From positions 55,102 to 119,101 of the IMG/VR virus record IMGVR_UViG_3300025645_000042: a stretch of DNA of 64,000 nucleotides; one strand, written 5' to 3'. Under the pieces are notes generated by a model that searched no databases, was not told the origin of the DNA, and was given only the letters and a program-made list of their open reading frames with translations. The stretch comes from a virus. The translations under genes and the position numbers were made by a program. Positions 18,265-29,284 of this stretch are shown in pieces (within the stretch, counting starts at the first letter, position 1; each line of letters starts with the position of its first letter).

Positions 18265-19682
18265 CCTTTTCTTTCATCTACCTGAGAAGTGATAGAAAAA
18301 CTAATCACATTTTTGGTAGTTTTAACTTCCGAATTTGAAGTTGCTTTAATATCTAAAAAGTATTCAGAAGGTAATAAACTTTCTGTATCTAAAAGAAAAT
18401 AATTATAATTGAATGCTTTATTAACTGGTTGATAATCAACAACTGAATATTCAGCTTGACCTTCTTTAACATATAATCTATATTCTAAAGAATTAAGAAC
18501 TTCTTGGTCATTAGTTGTGTAAGGTACTTTTGCATTTATTCTAATTTTCCTAACATCACCACGTTTAATTCTTTCACCATTTTTAATTCCAGACACATTA
18601 AATTTATAATCTTTTGGTGTTGAAGCATCGGCACCAATGTTGTAGTATTCGTTTGAATCTTTCAATTCAAATTCTAATTCAATATCTGGACGAGTTACAC
18701 CCTTAATTACTATACCAGACCAAACGTCTTCGTATAATACACAACCCACATCAGTTGTTGGCACTAATAATTCTATTGAATATACACCAGAAGCCTCATG
18801 GGTAATATCTGAAGATGTATAGGCTGAGAATGTTTCACCTAAATTATCTAATATATTTACACTCATACCTGAAAATGTATCAACATCACAAGGTACACCA
18901 CCCACGTTTATATATAAATAAAGTTTATTTAATTTATCTAAATAGAAATCAGCCCTATCATCTTGAATTGAACTTTCATAAACACTTTCAACGTATGGTT
19001 CGTAGAATGTTTGTGTATGTCTAGTAAAAAACCCAACATACTTTAAATTATCTTTGATTGAATCTTCAAGGGTTTCATCAAATGCCAATCCTAAGCCATA
19101 ATTTGTATCACCAGTTAAGTAACCATTAACGATATCAGTAATGTTCATTTCAAGATTTTCAGTTCCATCTTCAAAACTTTGAGTTTTAAGAATTGTTGTT
19201 CCAGTCCATGCGCTAAATATACCAGCACCTTCACTCCAACTATCACCAGTTCTAGCTTCTAACCAGTTTGATGGGTTAGTACTAATTACGGTTGCATCAC
19301 TAGATGAAAAGAATTTTTGACCAGCGAAGTCGTAACCAATACCTTCATCCCAATCTTGGTTAACTGGGAATAAATTTAAATCAAATGATGAAGTTCTATC
19401 TTTACCATCACCAGTTTGTTGCCCTAACAATGATGCATCGAATGTACCAGTATTGGTCATTCTTAAAGTATGTTTTAATTTACTTAAATCAGGGTACATA
19501 CCCTTAGCTCTTAAATCGATTATTCTTTGTACATCGAATTGAAATATATATCTTGTGAATAAAGGTGTATTAGCCTCATAACTACCACCATAGAATAATT
19601 CAGCAACAGGGTTTTTACCCGTGTTTTCGGCTCTATTATAGACAATAGTGTTATTTCGGTCAAAGTAGGTTCTGATTACCAT
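18261..19682 (-). CDS. Putative virion structural protein
   Basis: 473 aa, beta-rich, adjacent to baseplate-type genes, preceded by ATATTTAT. Confidence 0.55.
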   Translation of the reverse strand: MVIRTYFDRNNTIVYNRAENTGKNPVAELFYGGSYEANTPLFTRYIFQFDVQRIIDLRAKGMYPDLSKLKHTLRMTNTGTFDASLLGQQTGDGKDRTSSFDLNLFPVNQDWDEGIGYDFAGQKFFSSSDATVISTNPSNWLEARTGDSWSEGAGIFSAWTGTTILKTQSFEDGTENLEMNITDIVNGYLTGDTNYGLGLAFDETLEDSIKDNLKYVGFFTRHTQTFYEPYVESVYESSIQDDRADFYLDKLNKLYLYINVGGVPCDVDTFSGMSVNILDNLGETFSAYTSSDITHEASGVYSIELLVPTTDVGCVLYEDVWSGIVIKGVTRPDIELEFELKDSNEYYNIGADASTPKDYKFNVSGIKNGERIKRGDVRKIRINAKVPYTTNDQEVLNSLEYRLYVKEGQAEYSVVDYQPVNKAFNYNYFLLDTESLLPSEYFLDIKATSNSEVKTTKNVISFSITSQVDERKG

Positions 19683-19698
19683 GGTATTTGTTTTATTT

Positions 19699-19706
19699 AT
19701 AAATAT
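19699..19706 (-). promoter_or_regulatory. ATATTTAT putative late-promoter motif
   Basis: 16 nt upstream of the start at 19682. Confidence 0.5.
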
Positions 19707-19714
19707 CTATTTTT

Positions 19715-20656
19715 TTAGTTAATTTTGATATTTTTAGATAAGAATGATTGTAAATCATATTCTAATAATCTATCAATATCATTGGCACCAGAAGCGTCTT
19801 GTGGTTTAAGACCTGGATAAGCATGTATGTGATTTATAAATGCTTCAATTAAAACTTGTAAGAATTCTATTAATTCATCACCAAACACCAAAGGGTGAGC
19901 ATCTTTAACTATCTTTTGAATTTCTGTATCTGTTATCGTATCATTTTGATTATTCAATACGAATCTAGGACTACCGTTTTTATGTGTTAGTAAATTAATT
20001 TTATTACTAACAAGATTAATTACACCACCGATTTCAGCACTTGTAGATTCGGTTGCTGGTTTTAAAGTAACATCATGTTTTATTTGAATATATGATGGAT
20101 TAACCTTATTAAATTTAGGAATTTCACCTTTTGATACACTACTATCAAATTGACCAGCTCTAATTAGAACTTGTTTTTCTTTAAGAATGATATCAGAATT
20201 ATCTCTACCTTGTAACGCAATATCTTCAATATTAGGGTATACACCTTTATTTTCAGGTATTGTAAATGGAGATGGTTGTGCTTCTCTAATACCACTACCT
20301 AATGTTGATTTGGCAGAAAATATTTCACTATCTTTATATATAAATTGTGGTTGTGAAATAATAGGACCCATATACATTCTATCAATGTTAGGGTTTTTAA
20401 CGTCAGGAAGGAATATTAATACTGTTTCATTAACCTTTGGTATAACATGTAATAGTTTTTGAACCATTGGGAATGCGTATGGAAGGTCATTTAAAGCCAC
20501 GGCATCATCAACACCAATAATTCTAACTTTAATCCTACTAGCACCTAATTCATCTTGATTAGATACAACCTTAGCATAATAAAATACTGTGGTTTCTAAC
20601 CTACGGCCAGCACCTCTATTATATATACTTGTTCCACCAAATGCGTATTTACTCAT
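19715..20656 (-). CDS. Baseplate hub / spike protein (gp5 N-terminal OB-fold-like)
   Basis: AKVVSNQDELGASRIKVRI..VD...LPYAFP...PKVNETVLI pattern and a C-terminal FINHIHAYPG. Confidence 0.65.
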   Translation of the reverse strand: MSKYAFGGTSIYNRGAGRRLETTVFYYAKVVSNQDELGASRIKVRIIGVDDAVALNDLPYAFPMVQKLLHVIPKVNETVLIFLPDVKNPNIDRMYMGPIISQPQFIYKDSEIFSAKSTLGSGIREAQPSPFTIPENKGVYPNIEDIALQGRDNSDIILKEKQVLIRAGQFDSSVSKGEIPKFNKVNPSYIQIKHDVTLKPATESTSAEIGGVINLVSNKINLLTHKNGSPRFVLNNQNDTITDTEIQKIVKDAHPLVFGDELIEFLQVLIEAFINHIHAYPGLKPQDASGANDIDRLLEYDLQSFLSKNIKIN

Positions 20657-20850
20657 TACCTATAGCTTAATCTTGCGTTTAATACTTTTTTAGATTCAAG
20701 ATATTGAATATCCATTTCATCTAATTCTTTCATTAACTTTTCAATTCTAGTTGAAAGTGCAGCGATTTCATTTTTGGTTGCTTCATACTTTTCATTCATT
20801 TCGATTTGAGCGTTAATGATTTCGTTATTTGTTTTTTCTTCCCAATTCAT
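20656..20850 (-). CDS. Small coiled-coil protein
   Basis: 64-aa heptad-rich ORF. Confidence 0.5.
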   Translation of the reverse strand: MNWEEKTNNEIINAQIEMNEKYEATKNEIAALSTRIEKLMKELDEMDIQYLESKKVLNARLSYR

Positions 20851-20852
20851 AA

Positions 20853-21257
20853 TTATCTTATTACTCCATTACCAGATGCAATATTACTTGTCACACCTTG
20901 ACTTATAATAGGCCCACCTAAATTACCAACCCCAGTTGTTATTACCTGAACACCAGGTGGAATTGCTATTTCTATTTTAGCTTCTAATTGTAATGCACTT
21001 ATAATTTCTTCAGCCATGATAACCATCATTGATTCCATAATATTACTATTTTCAGAAAAAATGTCACCCGCTGGTGCACCAGCTTCAGTTTGTCTAGCAA
21101 TAACCCTAGATGCTATATTCCTAGCACTTAAACCAGGTCTTAAATTAGCACCAACCACTAATAATTGTGGTGGTAATTGAGTAATTGGAGTTCTAGGAAC
21201 ATTAAAAGCCGCTTTAAGGCTATTAATTACTTTTGTCATTGAACTTACATTTGCCAT
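20853..21257 (-). CDS. Putative baseplate-associated protein
   Basis: 134 aa; position next to the gp5-like gene. Confidence 0.4.
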   Translation of the reverse strand: MANVSSMTKVINSLKAAFNVPRTPITQLPPQLLVVGANLRPGLSARNIASRVIARQTEAGAPAGDIFSENSNIMESMMVIMAEEIISALQLEAKIEIAIPPGVQVITTGVGNLGGPIISQGVTSNIASGNGVIR

Positions 21258-21263
21258 ATTATT

Positions 21264-22706
21264 TTATATTAATCCAGATACACCTCTTAATATATCTGTT
21301 GATGAACCAACAAGACTCGCTAATTGAGCTTTCTGACCTTTCACCCTTTCTATTTGAGTTTTTATTATATTTTCAGAAACTAATGTTCTAACTTCTCTTA
21401 AAACTCTTTCTAAAATTATTGATACCACCGCTTCACGGACACTTTTTAAGACTGTTGTTAACAATATCTTATTCTTTTTCATAAAGTCTTCAACATTATC
21501 AAATGTTGACCCATAAATAATGGTATGATTTAATGCTAAAATAGCAATCAATTTTGGTGATAAAATAACACCTACGATTGCATTCATAATAGTCTTCAAC
21601 ATACTTTCAATAAAGTTTAATTGAATACTAAATTTATCACCATTACTAACGTTATTGGCTGATTCATTAGATAATGAATCTAGAGCGTTCCTAACTATTG
21701 TTGTTTTTTGCTCAATTAATTCTGGTGTATTTATTTGGTCATTGAATGAATTTAAATTTTCATCAACTTCCGCTAACGATTCAAATGAAATACTTGACTC
21801 TATATTATCACATGTAGTCACAATCATTATACCTTTTCTTCTCATTTCACTTTTAAATTCTATCTCAGAAATTTCTTGATTACTAAATCGGAAATAACTG
21901 TCATCTAAAATTATATCATCATCAGCATTAATTATTCTATCAATTATTTCTTGTATTTTAATTTCGTTTTCAATGGTGCGCTTATTTTTATTTACTTTTA
22001 AAGAAATTGTACCAAATATTGATTCAATGATAGAGTTTATTAATTTATTAGTGTTTAATAGTTTAATACTATCAATATAATCATTGTTGAAGTCTGTTAA
22101 TTTATTAGAAGCATAAGCTGAATTAGGTTTTAGATTAACGATGTTATTTGGTAAATTAACATCGGTAGCTTCTTGATTAAATTTAACATCTAATATACTT
22201 GTACTTAAAGTTTGGGTACCCCAAGAACTAGTTCCACCATTATCTTGAATGACTTCAAATAAAAATGTATTAAAATCTGTACTGTTTGTACCTGTGTTAA
22301 CATCATTATAAAGAAGTTTACCAGCATCCGATATTGGATTAACTTTAAACATATCAAGTAAATCTATTTTACTTAATTCTAAATCAATACCATCATCTAT
22401 AAATGATTGAGGTAGAGATGGGTTAATACCACAACTCACGAGCTGTTTTAAGGCCAATTTAAGAGCTTTTTTAATCTCAAGCTCTATATCATCCAGATTA
22501 TGGGTTAAAACGTCTACAAGCGTCTCTTTTAACGATTCAAATCCAATAAGAGCTTTAGCCAAATCCACTAAAAAATTTAGACTATTTGGTGATTGAGATA
22601 TTGAAGGTAACGAATTAGAAATAGAAAATTTAGGGAATCCTTCTGAAGAAACCCTTAAAGCGGCTATTTGACCAAATACTTCAGATTTTTCTTTAGTAAT
22701 ATCCAT
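21264..22706 (-). CDS. Hypothetical (probably structural) protein
   Basis: 480-aa ORF in the same operon. Confidence 0.5.
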   Translation of the reverse strand: MDITKEKSEVFGQIAALRVSSEGFPKFSISNSLPSISQSPNSLNFLVDLAKALIGFESLKETLVDVLTHNLDDIELEIKKALKLALKQLVSCGINPSLPQSFIDDGIDLELSKIDLLDMFKVNPISDAGKLLYNDVNTGTNSTDFNTFLFEVIQDNGGTSSWGTQTLSTSILDVKFNQEATDVNLPNNIVNLKPNSAYASNKLTDFNNDYIDSIKLLNTNKLINSIIESIFGTISLKVNKNKRTIENEIKIQEIIDRIINADDDIILDDSYFRFSNQEISEIEFKSEMRRKGIMIVTTCDNIESSISFESLAEVDENLNSFNDQINTPELIEQKTTIVRNALDSLSNESANNVSNGDKFSIQLNFIESMLKTIMNAIVGVILSPKLIAILALNHTIIYGSTFDNVEDFMKKNKILLTTVLKSVREAVVSIILERVLREVRTLVSENIIKTQIERVKGQKAQLASLVGSSTDILRGVSGLI

Positions 22707-22712
22707 TTATTT

Positions 22713-23078
22713 TTATTTATTGTCTCTTTCTTTTAACAATTCTCTAATTTTAGCAAAGCTTTGGTTATTAACAACTTCTGGATTTTCTTTAATCGCTGAA
22801 GATATACTACCATTATGTTTTATAATTTCATTTTGTAGTTTACCAATATCTAATTTGGTTTTGATTGCAGAATCTTTAAGTTTTAGCGCATCAGTTTTAG
22901 CTTTTGCTACTTTTACCCAATCATCAATATCTTCTGGGTCTGAACCAGCAGATACTTCATTAACTACTTTTTGAGCGTCATTAATTTGAGTGCACGTATT
23001 ATTATAAACTTCTTGTAATAACCCTTGTAAAGAATCATTACTATTAATTTCTATTGATTGTTTTTTTTTCCTTGGCAT
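22713..23078 (-). CDS. Hypothetical helical protein
   Basis: 121 aa, preceded by CTATTTAT (23094-23101). Confidence 0.5.
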   Translation of the reverse strand: MPRKKKQSIEINSNDSLQGLLQEVYNNTCTQINDAQKVVNEVSAGSDPEDIDDWVKVAKAKTDALKLKDSAIKTKLDIGKLQNEIIKHNGSISSAIKENPEVVNNQSFAKIRELLKERDNK

Positions 23079-23144
23079 AACTTATGTTTTATAATAAATA
23101 GGTAAAAATAGAGTTTTAGTTATAATAAGAAAATTGATAAGGGT

Positions 23145-23885
23145 TTATAAGTAGCCCTTATCAATTTTATCTGTTTTGGTTAGTTCATATATGGTTTTAT
23201 ACCTTCTCATAGCAATTCTAATATCTTTAGTTACTAATCCAGTATATTCTCTAATGGTACCAAGAATACTATTCTTGTTAAATTTGGAACTCTTATTAAG
23301 AGTTGCAAATAAAGTTTCCCAATCACCTAAGATATATAATAACGCTTCACCAACTTTACGTTCATTTTCTGTCATCTTCTTTTTCTCTATACCTTCTAAC
23401 TCTAATTCGTTTTGAATTTCCCCACACATAGTATCAATTAAATCGCTTAAACCATAATCGGTTTCTGATAAATGGTATACATACTCATCTTTTTCATGTA
23501 CCTTACCTAAAGATTTTTGGAAATCTACAGTTTGGTTAATGTATTTATCATCTTTGATTAATAAACCTAAAATGTAATGTTTACATATAGTCCCATAATA
23601 AGAAAACGCTCTTTTACCTTTTTCTGGTTTGAATTTATCTGCTTTAAGGATAAGATAAGAGAGAGTATCGCTGTGTAAATTCTCAAAAGAGTAGTCTTTT
23701 CTATATAATTTATAACGTCTAATAATAGACTCAATCATTATATTAAAGGCATGTCTAAGATGTTTATTATAAATTCGATTTCTTTCTATTTCATCACCTT
23801 CATTTAAAAATCTAACCACAGCTGCTTCTTGTTCGGGGCCGAAATATAAACCATTTGTTCTTTTTCGTCCTCTTTTTTTAGTCAT
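23145..23885 (-). CDS. Phage sigma-70-like factor (gp55-like late sigma candidate)
   Basis: Region-2-like segment LSYLILKADKFKPEKGKRAFSYYGTICKHY. Confidence 0.6.
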   Translation of the reverse strand: MTKKRGRKRTNGLYFGPEQEAAVVRFLNEGDEIERNRIYNKHLRHAFNIMIESIIRRYKLYRKDYSFENLHSDTLSYLILKADKFKPEKGKRAFSYYGTICKHYILGLLIKDDKYINQTVDFQKSLGKVHEKDEYVYHLSETDYGLSDLIDTMCGEIQNELELEGIEKKKMTENERKVGEALLYILGDWETLFATLNKSSKFNKNSILGTIREYTGLVTKDIRIAMRRYKTIYELTKTDKIDKGYL

Positions 23886-24688
23886 TAAGATTTGTCTATT
23901 TTTTCATAAGAAATATTTCTATCATTTACATGAAAATATTCTTTTTTTGCTAAAGATAACCACCATCTAGATTCATCTATTGATAATTCTTTTTTGTATT
24001 GGTCAAATAGGCTACCTTCCCTGTTATTAATATGTTTATACCCTAATTTAGGAATAACCATAACTTTACATGATTTAAATGTGAATCTTAATAAGAATTC
24101 ATTTATGAAACTTAGTTTTATACTTTCTTTCATACCACCATATTCCTTATAAGCATCTTTTAACATTGCCATACCATCAATATTAAAATTTTGATATCTT
24201 AATAATGCAGCATTATCTAGAACCCCCATTTCATCTGAGAATTGTGAAGCCCATACAGCTTCATTAGTAAACCCTAAAAAATTACCAACTGGGTCAACAT
24301 CTAGAATCATAGGTAAGAAAATTTGAACATTTGGATAGGCTTCTTTATACTTAATAACATTACTAATCCAAATATCACCCAATTCATCATCTTGTTCTAA
24401 GAAAACAAACCATTTGGTTTTACAATTTTTAACTCCAATGTTTAATTGTGATGCAAAATCGGTTGAAGACTTATGAGTGACAATATCAAAGATTAACCCA
24501 TCTTCTTGATTTATTATTTTAGTTAATAAATCTTGGTCATCTTTTCTATCTCCAACCACAAACATTACTGAATCTGGTTTTACTCGTTGTCTAGCTATTG
24601 ATTTTATGGCGTTTATTAATAATCCCTCATCTATATCATAAATAGGGATTATTACCGTAATATCTGTTTTTTCTTTTTTATTGCTCAT
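23885..24688 (-). CDS. Glycosyltransferase, GT-A/family 2-like
   Basis: ITVIIPIY, LNIGVKNCKTKWFVFLEQDD. Confidence 0.8.
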   Translation of the reverse strand: MSNKKEKTDITVIIPIYDIDEGLLINAIKSIARQRVKPDSVMFVVGDRKDDQDLLTKIINQEDGLIFDIVTHKSSTDFASQLNIGVKNCKTKWFVFLEQDDELGDIWISNVIKYKEAYPNVQIFLPMILDVDPVGNFLGFTNEAVWASQFSDEMGVLDNAALLRYQNFNIDGMAMLKDAYKEYGGMKESIKLSFINEFLLRFTFKSCKVMVIPKLGYKHINNREGSLFDQYKKELSIDESRWWLSLAKKEYFHVNDRNISYEKIDKS

Positions 24689-25787
24689 TTTTAATTTCTT
24701 TTTCTTCTTTTATTTTTAACAATGCTTCAAATTCTGACCTTCTATTAGCAATTAATTGAGTATAAACATCTTCAATTACTTTATTTTGCTTTTCTTCAGT
24801 GTATTGGCCCTTAGAAGAATTTGCACCATCGATTAATCCTTGTGGTACATTATCTTCCAACCATACTCTCATAAATTCTGAGATTAAATTAGGGATTGCT
24901 AATTCATTATTTGTCCAAACACCATTATCTTTTAATTGAATTTGTTGTTGGGTTGAATTTTCAGATTCCATCCATTCAGGAATCATAGTTGGAATTTTAC
25001 CAATTACTGGTGTTTCACATTGAATAGCTTCTAATGGGAAAGTACCGAAACTTGATTCATCATCAACCCAAACTGCTAAACATGATTCACCTAACGTTTC
25101 TGCAAACGTCTTTCTTGGTAAACCCCTAAGCTCTCTAAATGTAATCCATTTATACATTGGGAATTGTAAATAAAAAGACTTAACAATTTTAAGTGCCGTC
25201 TTTTGGTCTCTAGTTAAAATAGAAATAATTGGTTTTTTTATTTTAGTAGTTGGTTTAAAATAATCTGGGATTGATATTGGCACTATGTGTGTATCAATAT
25301 TTGGGAATAAATCTTTAATATAATCCACTTGTTTTTGTGATGTGGTGATAACATCCCTAAAACCAAAACTTAAATCCCATCTATTGCCAATTCCTAATAA
25401 TTCTAAAATATAACTATATGATTGGCACATGACAATTTTCTTAGAATTGAATTCTTTAACTTGTTCCATAACATTAGCAAAAATCTCAGGAATTATAATA
25501 TAATCAATTGCAGTGAGATTTAGGTTTTGTGCCTCAATTGAAACGTGGGGTAGTTTTGTATATTCCTCCCCTAACCATTCACCAACACCGTGATAATCAT
25601 TTTTCTCATGCATGATATACGCTTTAAATCCTAAATCATTTAAGACCTTAACGTGTTGGTATATGTTTGCTACACCAGCGGTTGCATTACCTTTAGTATC
25701 TAGTACAAAAAAGTATAGCCCAAAATCTTTATTATCAATTTTCTCTATAAACTCTACTACTTTAACTTGTTTTTCTTTATTTTCCAT
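24678..25787 (-). CDS. Glycosyltransferase, GT-B-like
   Basis: AGVANIYQH, and C-terminal ESSFGTFPLEAIQCETPVIG (EX7E-like). Confidence 0.7.
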   Translation of the reverse strand: MENKEKQVKVVEFIEKIDNKDFGLYFFVLDTKGNATAGVANIYQHVKVLNDLGFKAYIMHEKNDYHGVGEWLGEEYTKLPHVSIEAQNLNLTAIDYIIIPEIFANVMEQVKEFNSKKIVMCQSYSYILELLGIGNRWDLSFGFRDVITTSQKQVDYIKDLFPNIDTHIVPISIPDYFKPTTKIKKPIISILTRDQKTALKIVKSFYLQFPMYKWITFRELRGLPRKTFAETLGESCLAVWVDDESSFGTFPLEAIQCETPVIGKIPTMIPEWMESENSTQQQIQLKDNGVWTNNELAIPNLISEFMRVWLEDNVPQGLIDGANSSKGQYTEEKQNKVIEDVYTQLIANRRSEFEALLKIKEEKEIKNEQ

Positions 25788-25789
25788 TT

Positions 25790-26158
25790 TTAATCAACTT
25801 TTCTTAATATATTATAAAAAACTAACGTGTTGAATGCTAGTTTAAATCTTAGTGACATTTTTTTTAAATTCCTAGAACCTAATGCACTATCAAAATCCTC
25901 TGAATTAAGTTCAGATGCCTGTCCTAAATCCTCAATAAAATTCCTGATGATTTCAAACTTAACACCGTTAACTTCTAGTTGTTTGATATTATCACTTGTA
26001 ATAATTTCTGTTGAAATTACTTTACCTTTAGCGTCTAATGTTTCAGTAACACTTTTTAACTTTTCAATTTTATCTTTACCAATTTTTTTATCTATGATTA
26101 AAAAGTCATCTAATACTTCAAAATCAATATAATATAAATCACCGAATATTTCAATCAT
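25790..26158 (-). CDS. Hypothetical protein
   Basis: 122-aa ORF in the operon. Confidence 0.5.
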   Translation of the reverse strand: MIEIFGDLYYIDFEVLDDFLIIDKKIGKDKIEKLKSVTETLDAKGKVISTEIITSDNIKQLEVNGVKFEIIRNFIEDLGQASELNSEDFDSALGSRNLKKMSLRFKLAFNTLVFYNILRKVD

Positions 26159-26729
26159 GCTTTATTATTTCATTAAATTTATTTTCGTCTTCTATAAATT
26201 CCAAGATTGTATCTAATTCAAAATCAGCCTCAATCTTTTTATTATAACTGGCGTTTATTTTAACTGAAATTTTACCTTCAGGTTTACTTTCCAATGCTAT
26301 TGGATTTGCCGTTACCAATAAATCTACATTATCCCACATCTTAGTGGTATCACTCAAGAATTTAATTGAATCACCTGTGAACCCTAACTTTGAAAGAAAG
26401 AATAATGTTGATGGTCTACTCTTATGCGCATCTCGACTTAAAATAATAATCTCATGTTCTTCATAATCATTAATATCTGAAATAAAACGATTAAGTTTCG
26501 GGATAATATTATTGTGTAATTGGTCTGCGTGTGCGAAAATCTCCATAGGAGATTCGCTGTATAAAAATTCATTTAGTTTTTTTTCACTATCGAATTTAAA
26601 GTACTTAACTAAATCAAAATCTTCTATATCTACACCTTCCATGTTCTCACCATAGTATTTTGTGTAGACATATTTTAATTGCCCAATAAAGTCTCTTATC
26701 ACTTCATCTAATGTTATTCCTATTCTCAT
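26151..26729 (-). CDS. HAD-family 5'(3')-deoxyribonucleotidase-like protein with a degenerate motif I
   Basis: IGITLDEVIRD, where the first Asp of DxD is replaced by Thr. Confidence 0.55.
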   Translation of the reverse strand: MRIGITLDEVIRDFIGQLKYVYTKYYGENMEGVDIEDFDLVKYFKFDSEKKLNEFLYSESPMEIFAHADQLHNNIIPKLNRFISDINDYEEHEIIILSRDAHKSRPSTLFFLSKLGFTGDSIKFLSDTTKMWDNVDLLVTANPIALESKPEGKISVKINASYNKKIEADFELDTILEFIEDENKFNEIIKHD

Positions 26730-26777
26730 AATATAATTTTACATAAATTAAATTTAAAGTAAATAAAAAAGTGAAGA

Positions 26778-27518
26778 TTATTCCTTTTCATTTAAATCAT
26801 CACCTCTTTTATAGTTATTAACGATTTTTGTAATCAAAGGATTACGAACAATATCATTCTCATCAAATTCAAAGAAGCCTATTTCGGAAATATTATTATG
26901 TCTATTCATAGCATCATATAAACCACTTTGTCGGCTATCACGATATTTATCAGATTGGTCCATATCACCAGAAACAACATACTTAGAATTATACCCAATT
27001 CTAGTTAATAGCGTTTTCATTTGAGAAGGTGACATGTTTTGTGCCTCTTCCATTAGTAATACTGAATTGTCGATTGATTTCCCTCTTATGAAACCTAAAG
27101 GTTCCACCATTAATTCTTCTGACTCTTCTAATTGAAGTCTATTCTCTTTACCGATAATTTTATCCACTATATCAATAGATGATGCCATATAAGGTGCCAT
27201 CTTTTCTTTTAAATCACCTGGTAAAAATCCTAGATTCTCTTCAGCCTCAATGGCTGGTTTCACGATTAAGATTTTATTATAAGAATTATTTGAGTCTTGT
27301 AGTAATTGTAAAGCTACCGCAATAGCTACATAAGATTTTCCAACGCCAGCTGGACCAGCACAAAAAGTGATTTCTTTTTTTCTAATTAAGTTAGCAAATT
27401 CTTTTTGTTTAGGGTTTTTACATTTTAAGGATACTTTTCTAGGTAGTATTTGATTTACTGACCTAGTTTTAATCGCAACACTTTTAGTCGTAGTTGCTTT
27501 TTGTTGTCTTTTTGCCAT
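26778..27518 (-). CDS. phoH: PhoH-family ATPase
   Basis: GPAGVGKS, LGFLPGDL.EKM.PY, IRGKSID...DEAQN-like EEAQNM, TRIG, GDMDQSD. Confidence 0.93.
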   Translation of the reverse strand: MAKRQQKATTTKSVAIKTRSVNQILPRKVSLKCKNPKQKEFANLIRKKEITFCAGPAGVGKSYVAIAVALQLLQDSNNSYNKILIVKPAIEAEENLGFLPGDLKEKMAPYMASSIDIVDKIIGKENRLQLEESEELMVEPLGFIRGKSIDNSVLLMEEAQNMSPSQMKTLLTRIGYNSKYVVSGDMDQSDKYRDSRQSGLYDAMNRHNNISEIGFFEFDENDIVRNPLITKIVNNYKRGDDLNEKE

Positions 27519-27522
27519 AAAA

Positions 27523-27553
27523 AAATGTGAGCCTGTTTGATAAGCTCACATTT
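27523..27553 (-). terminator. Hairpin/terminator just upstream of phoH
   Basis: aaatgtgagc-N11-gctcacattt, with a T run on the minus strand. Confidence 0.55.
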
Positions 27554-27581
27554 AATATAATCACAAAAAATAAAAATTAAA

Positions 27582-28616
27582 CTATTTAATCAAATTTTTA
27601 GGTGCTTTATTTTTATATTTTTTTTCTAAATCTTCTAAGCGATAATCTTCCATCATAAATTTACCATTTATAATTGGTGTCGCCATAAATTTTAAAACGT
27701 AGTGTCCATTGAATTCCACCACTTTATGGAAATTTTTAACTTCATAAATATATTCCATTCCATTTGCAGCACCAATTGTTTTATTGGTTATAAACCCCAC
27801 TTTTTCGATGTCTAAAATATCAGATGCCCTAGGATTTTTATTAATTTTCTTAATTTCACTAATTAATAACCTACTTTTCCGATTGAATTCATCTGGGTAC
27901 ATCGTGATATAGAACTCTAGTAATTTAGTTTCACCATCTACATCTCTAACAACTAATTTATTACAGTATTGTTCGATTTCAAATTTAGGCCTTATACTTC
28001 TATGTATCATGATATTTTTATCATTCTTCATACTAGCTACCATATCATCAAAACTAAGTTTAGCTAACGTTCTACCATCTTCTTTTCCTATTTCCACTTC
28101 AATATCTTCTCCAAATTCATTAGTTTCATATCTTACATTAATTAAATCAAACATTTCATTAGTTTCATCGAAAGTTTCAATTTCTTCATCGGTATGAACT
28201 TTTAATTTTTCATTACCAAAAGCCTCTGAAGTTGATTTAACGACCTCATTATTACTAACCACAAGTTCAACTGGATGTGGGTCACCTTTATCAACATTTA
28301 CCTTCCTAAGAATTTGTTTCTCATGTTCAGTAGTTTCAGTTATTGGTAAGTTATCCTCATCATATCCAATGATTTTGGTTTTAAGACTATCCGCAGCATT
28401 CAATACCTTATACATCCTCCATCTCATTTCCTTAACTTCCATTGTGAGAACACCCTTTAACATGTTATCAGCCATAGAACCTTGTTCCATTGTTTCATTT
28501 GAAGCACCTTCTTTACCTAAAGCGTCTGAGGCTTGATTTAATGATGATTTCTCAACTCTTGATAATGCTAATGAAAGCATTGCCATTTTTCTTTTTAGAT
28601 AAGTTGTTATATCCAT
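27582..28616 (-). CDS. Hypothetical protein
   Basis: 344-aa ORF with no recognised motif. Confidence 0.55.
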   Translation of the reverse strand: MDITTYLKRKMAMLSLALSRVEKSSLNQASDALGKEGASNETMEQGSMADNMLKGVLTMEVKEMRWRMYKVLNAADSLKTKIIGYDEDNLPITETTEHEKQILRKVNVDKGDPHPVELVVSNNEVVKSTSEAFGNEKLKVHTDEEIETFDETNEMFDLINVRYETNEFGEDIEVEIGKEDGRTLAKLSFDDMVASMKNDKNIMIHRSIRPKFEIEQYCNKLVVRDVDGETKLLEFYITMYPDEFNRKSRLLISEIKKINKNPRASDILDIEKVGFITNKTIGAANGMEYIYEVKNFHKVVEFNGHYVLKFMATPIINGKFMMEDYRLEDLEKKYKNKAPKNLIK

Positions 28617-29284
28617 TTTTCTAATTTATTTAAATCCATTGTAACATTTTCTGGTACATATGGTGGTCTTAACGTTCCTAATATATTAGGTTTAGTTTCT
28701 TTAGCTAAATTCAACATGGTTTTAGCCTTCGTACCAACATTTATTATTCCTATGGCACCTTTATTGATTAATTTAATAATTAACTCAGAAATGACATCCA
28801 CGTAATCTGCATTCGTATAATAATTGCCCCACGCTTTTTCATAGGGAAATGGTTTTGCTTTATGACTACATCTACATATTAAATAATCATTAGAATTTAA
28901 CATAATTAATTCATCTGCCAATACTTTTGAATATGCATACCATGAATTATCACACCTAGGAATATCTTCTTCCTTCGCAAAAAAGTTATTATTAGCATAT
29001 ACAAAATCACTTGATATGTGAATCAATTTAATATTGTGTTTATTACAATATTTTATTAAATCTCTAACAAAACGAACATTAACATCCATATGAGTGTCAC
29101 GTTCTTTTGAATAAGAGTCTGTATGTGCGATACAGTTTACTATTACATTATAACCTTTAGAAATTAAATGTAAATTATTTATATCAAAATTACCCCACTT
29201 ACGTGAGACAAAATCCCAATCAGTTTGTTTAACCAATTCGGAACCTAATAAACCATCACCTAAAACTAAAACTTTATAATTCAT
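28607..29284 (-). CDS. rmlD: dTDP-4-dehydrorhamnose reductase-like NDP-sugar reductase
   Basis: GDGLLG, HISSDFVY and Y..SK motifs. Confidence 0.75.
   Translation of the reverse strand: MNYKVLVLGDGLLGSELVKQTDWDFVSRKWGNFDINNLHLISKGYNVIVNCIAHTDSYSKERDTHMDVNVRFVRDLIKYCNKHNIKLIHISSDFVYANNNFFAKEEDIPRCDNSWYAYSKVLADELIMLNSNDYLICRCSHKAKPFPYEKAWGNYYTNADYVDVISELIIKLINKGAIGIINVGTKAKTMLNLAKETKPNILGTLRPPYVPENVTMDLNKLEKWI

Noticed and set aside
26778-27518. phoH as a novel auxiliary gene
   Set aside because: It is widespread in large phages and ordinary.
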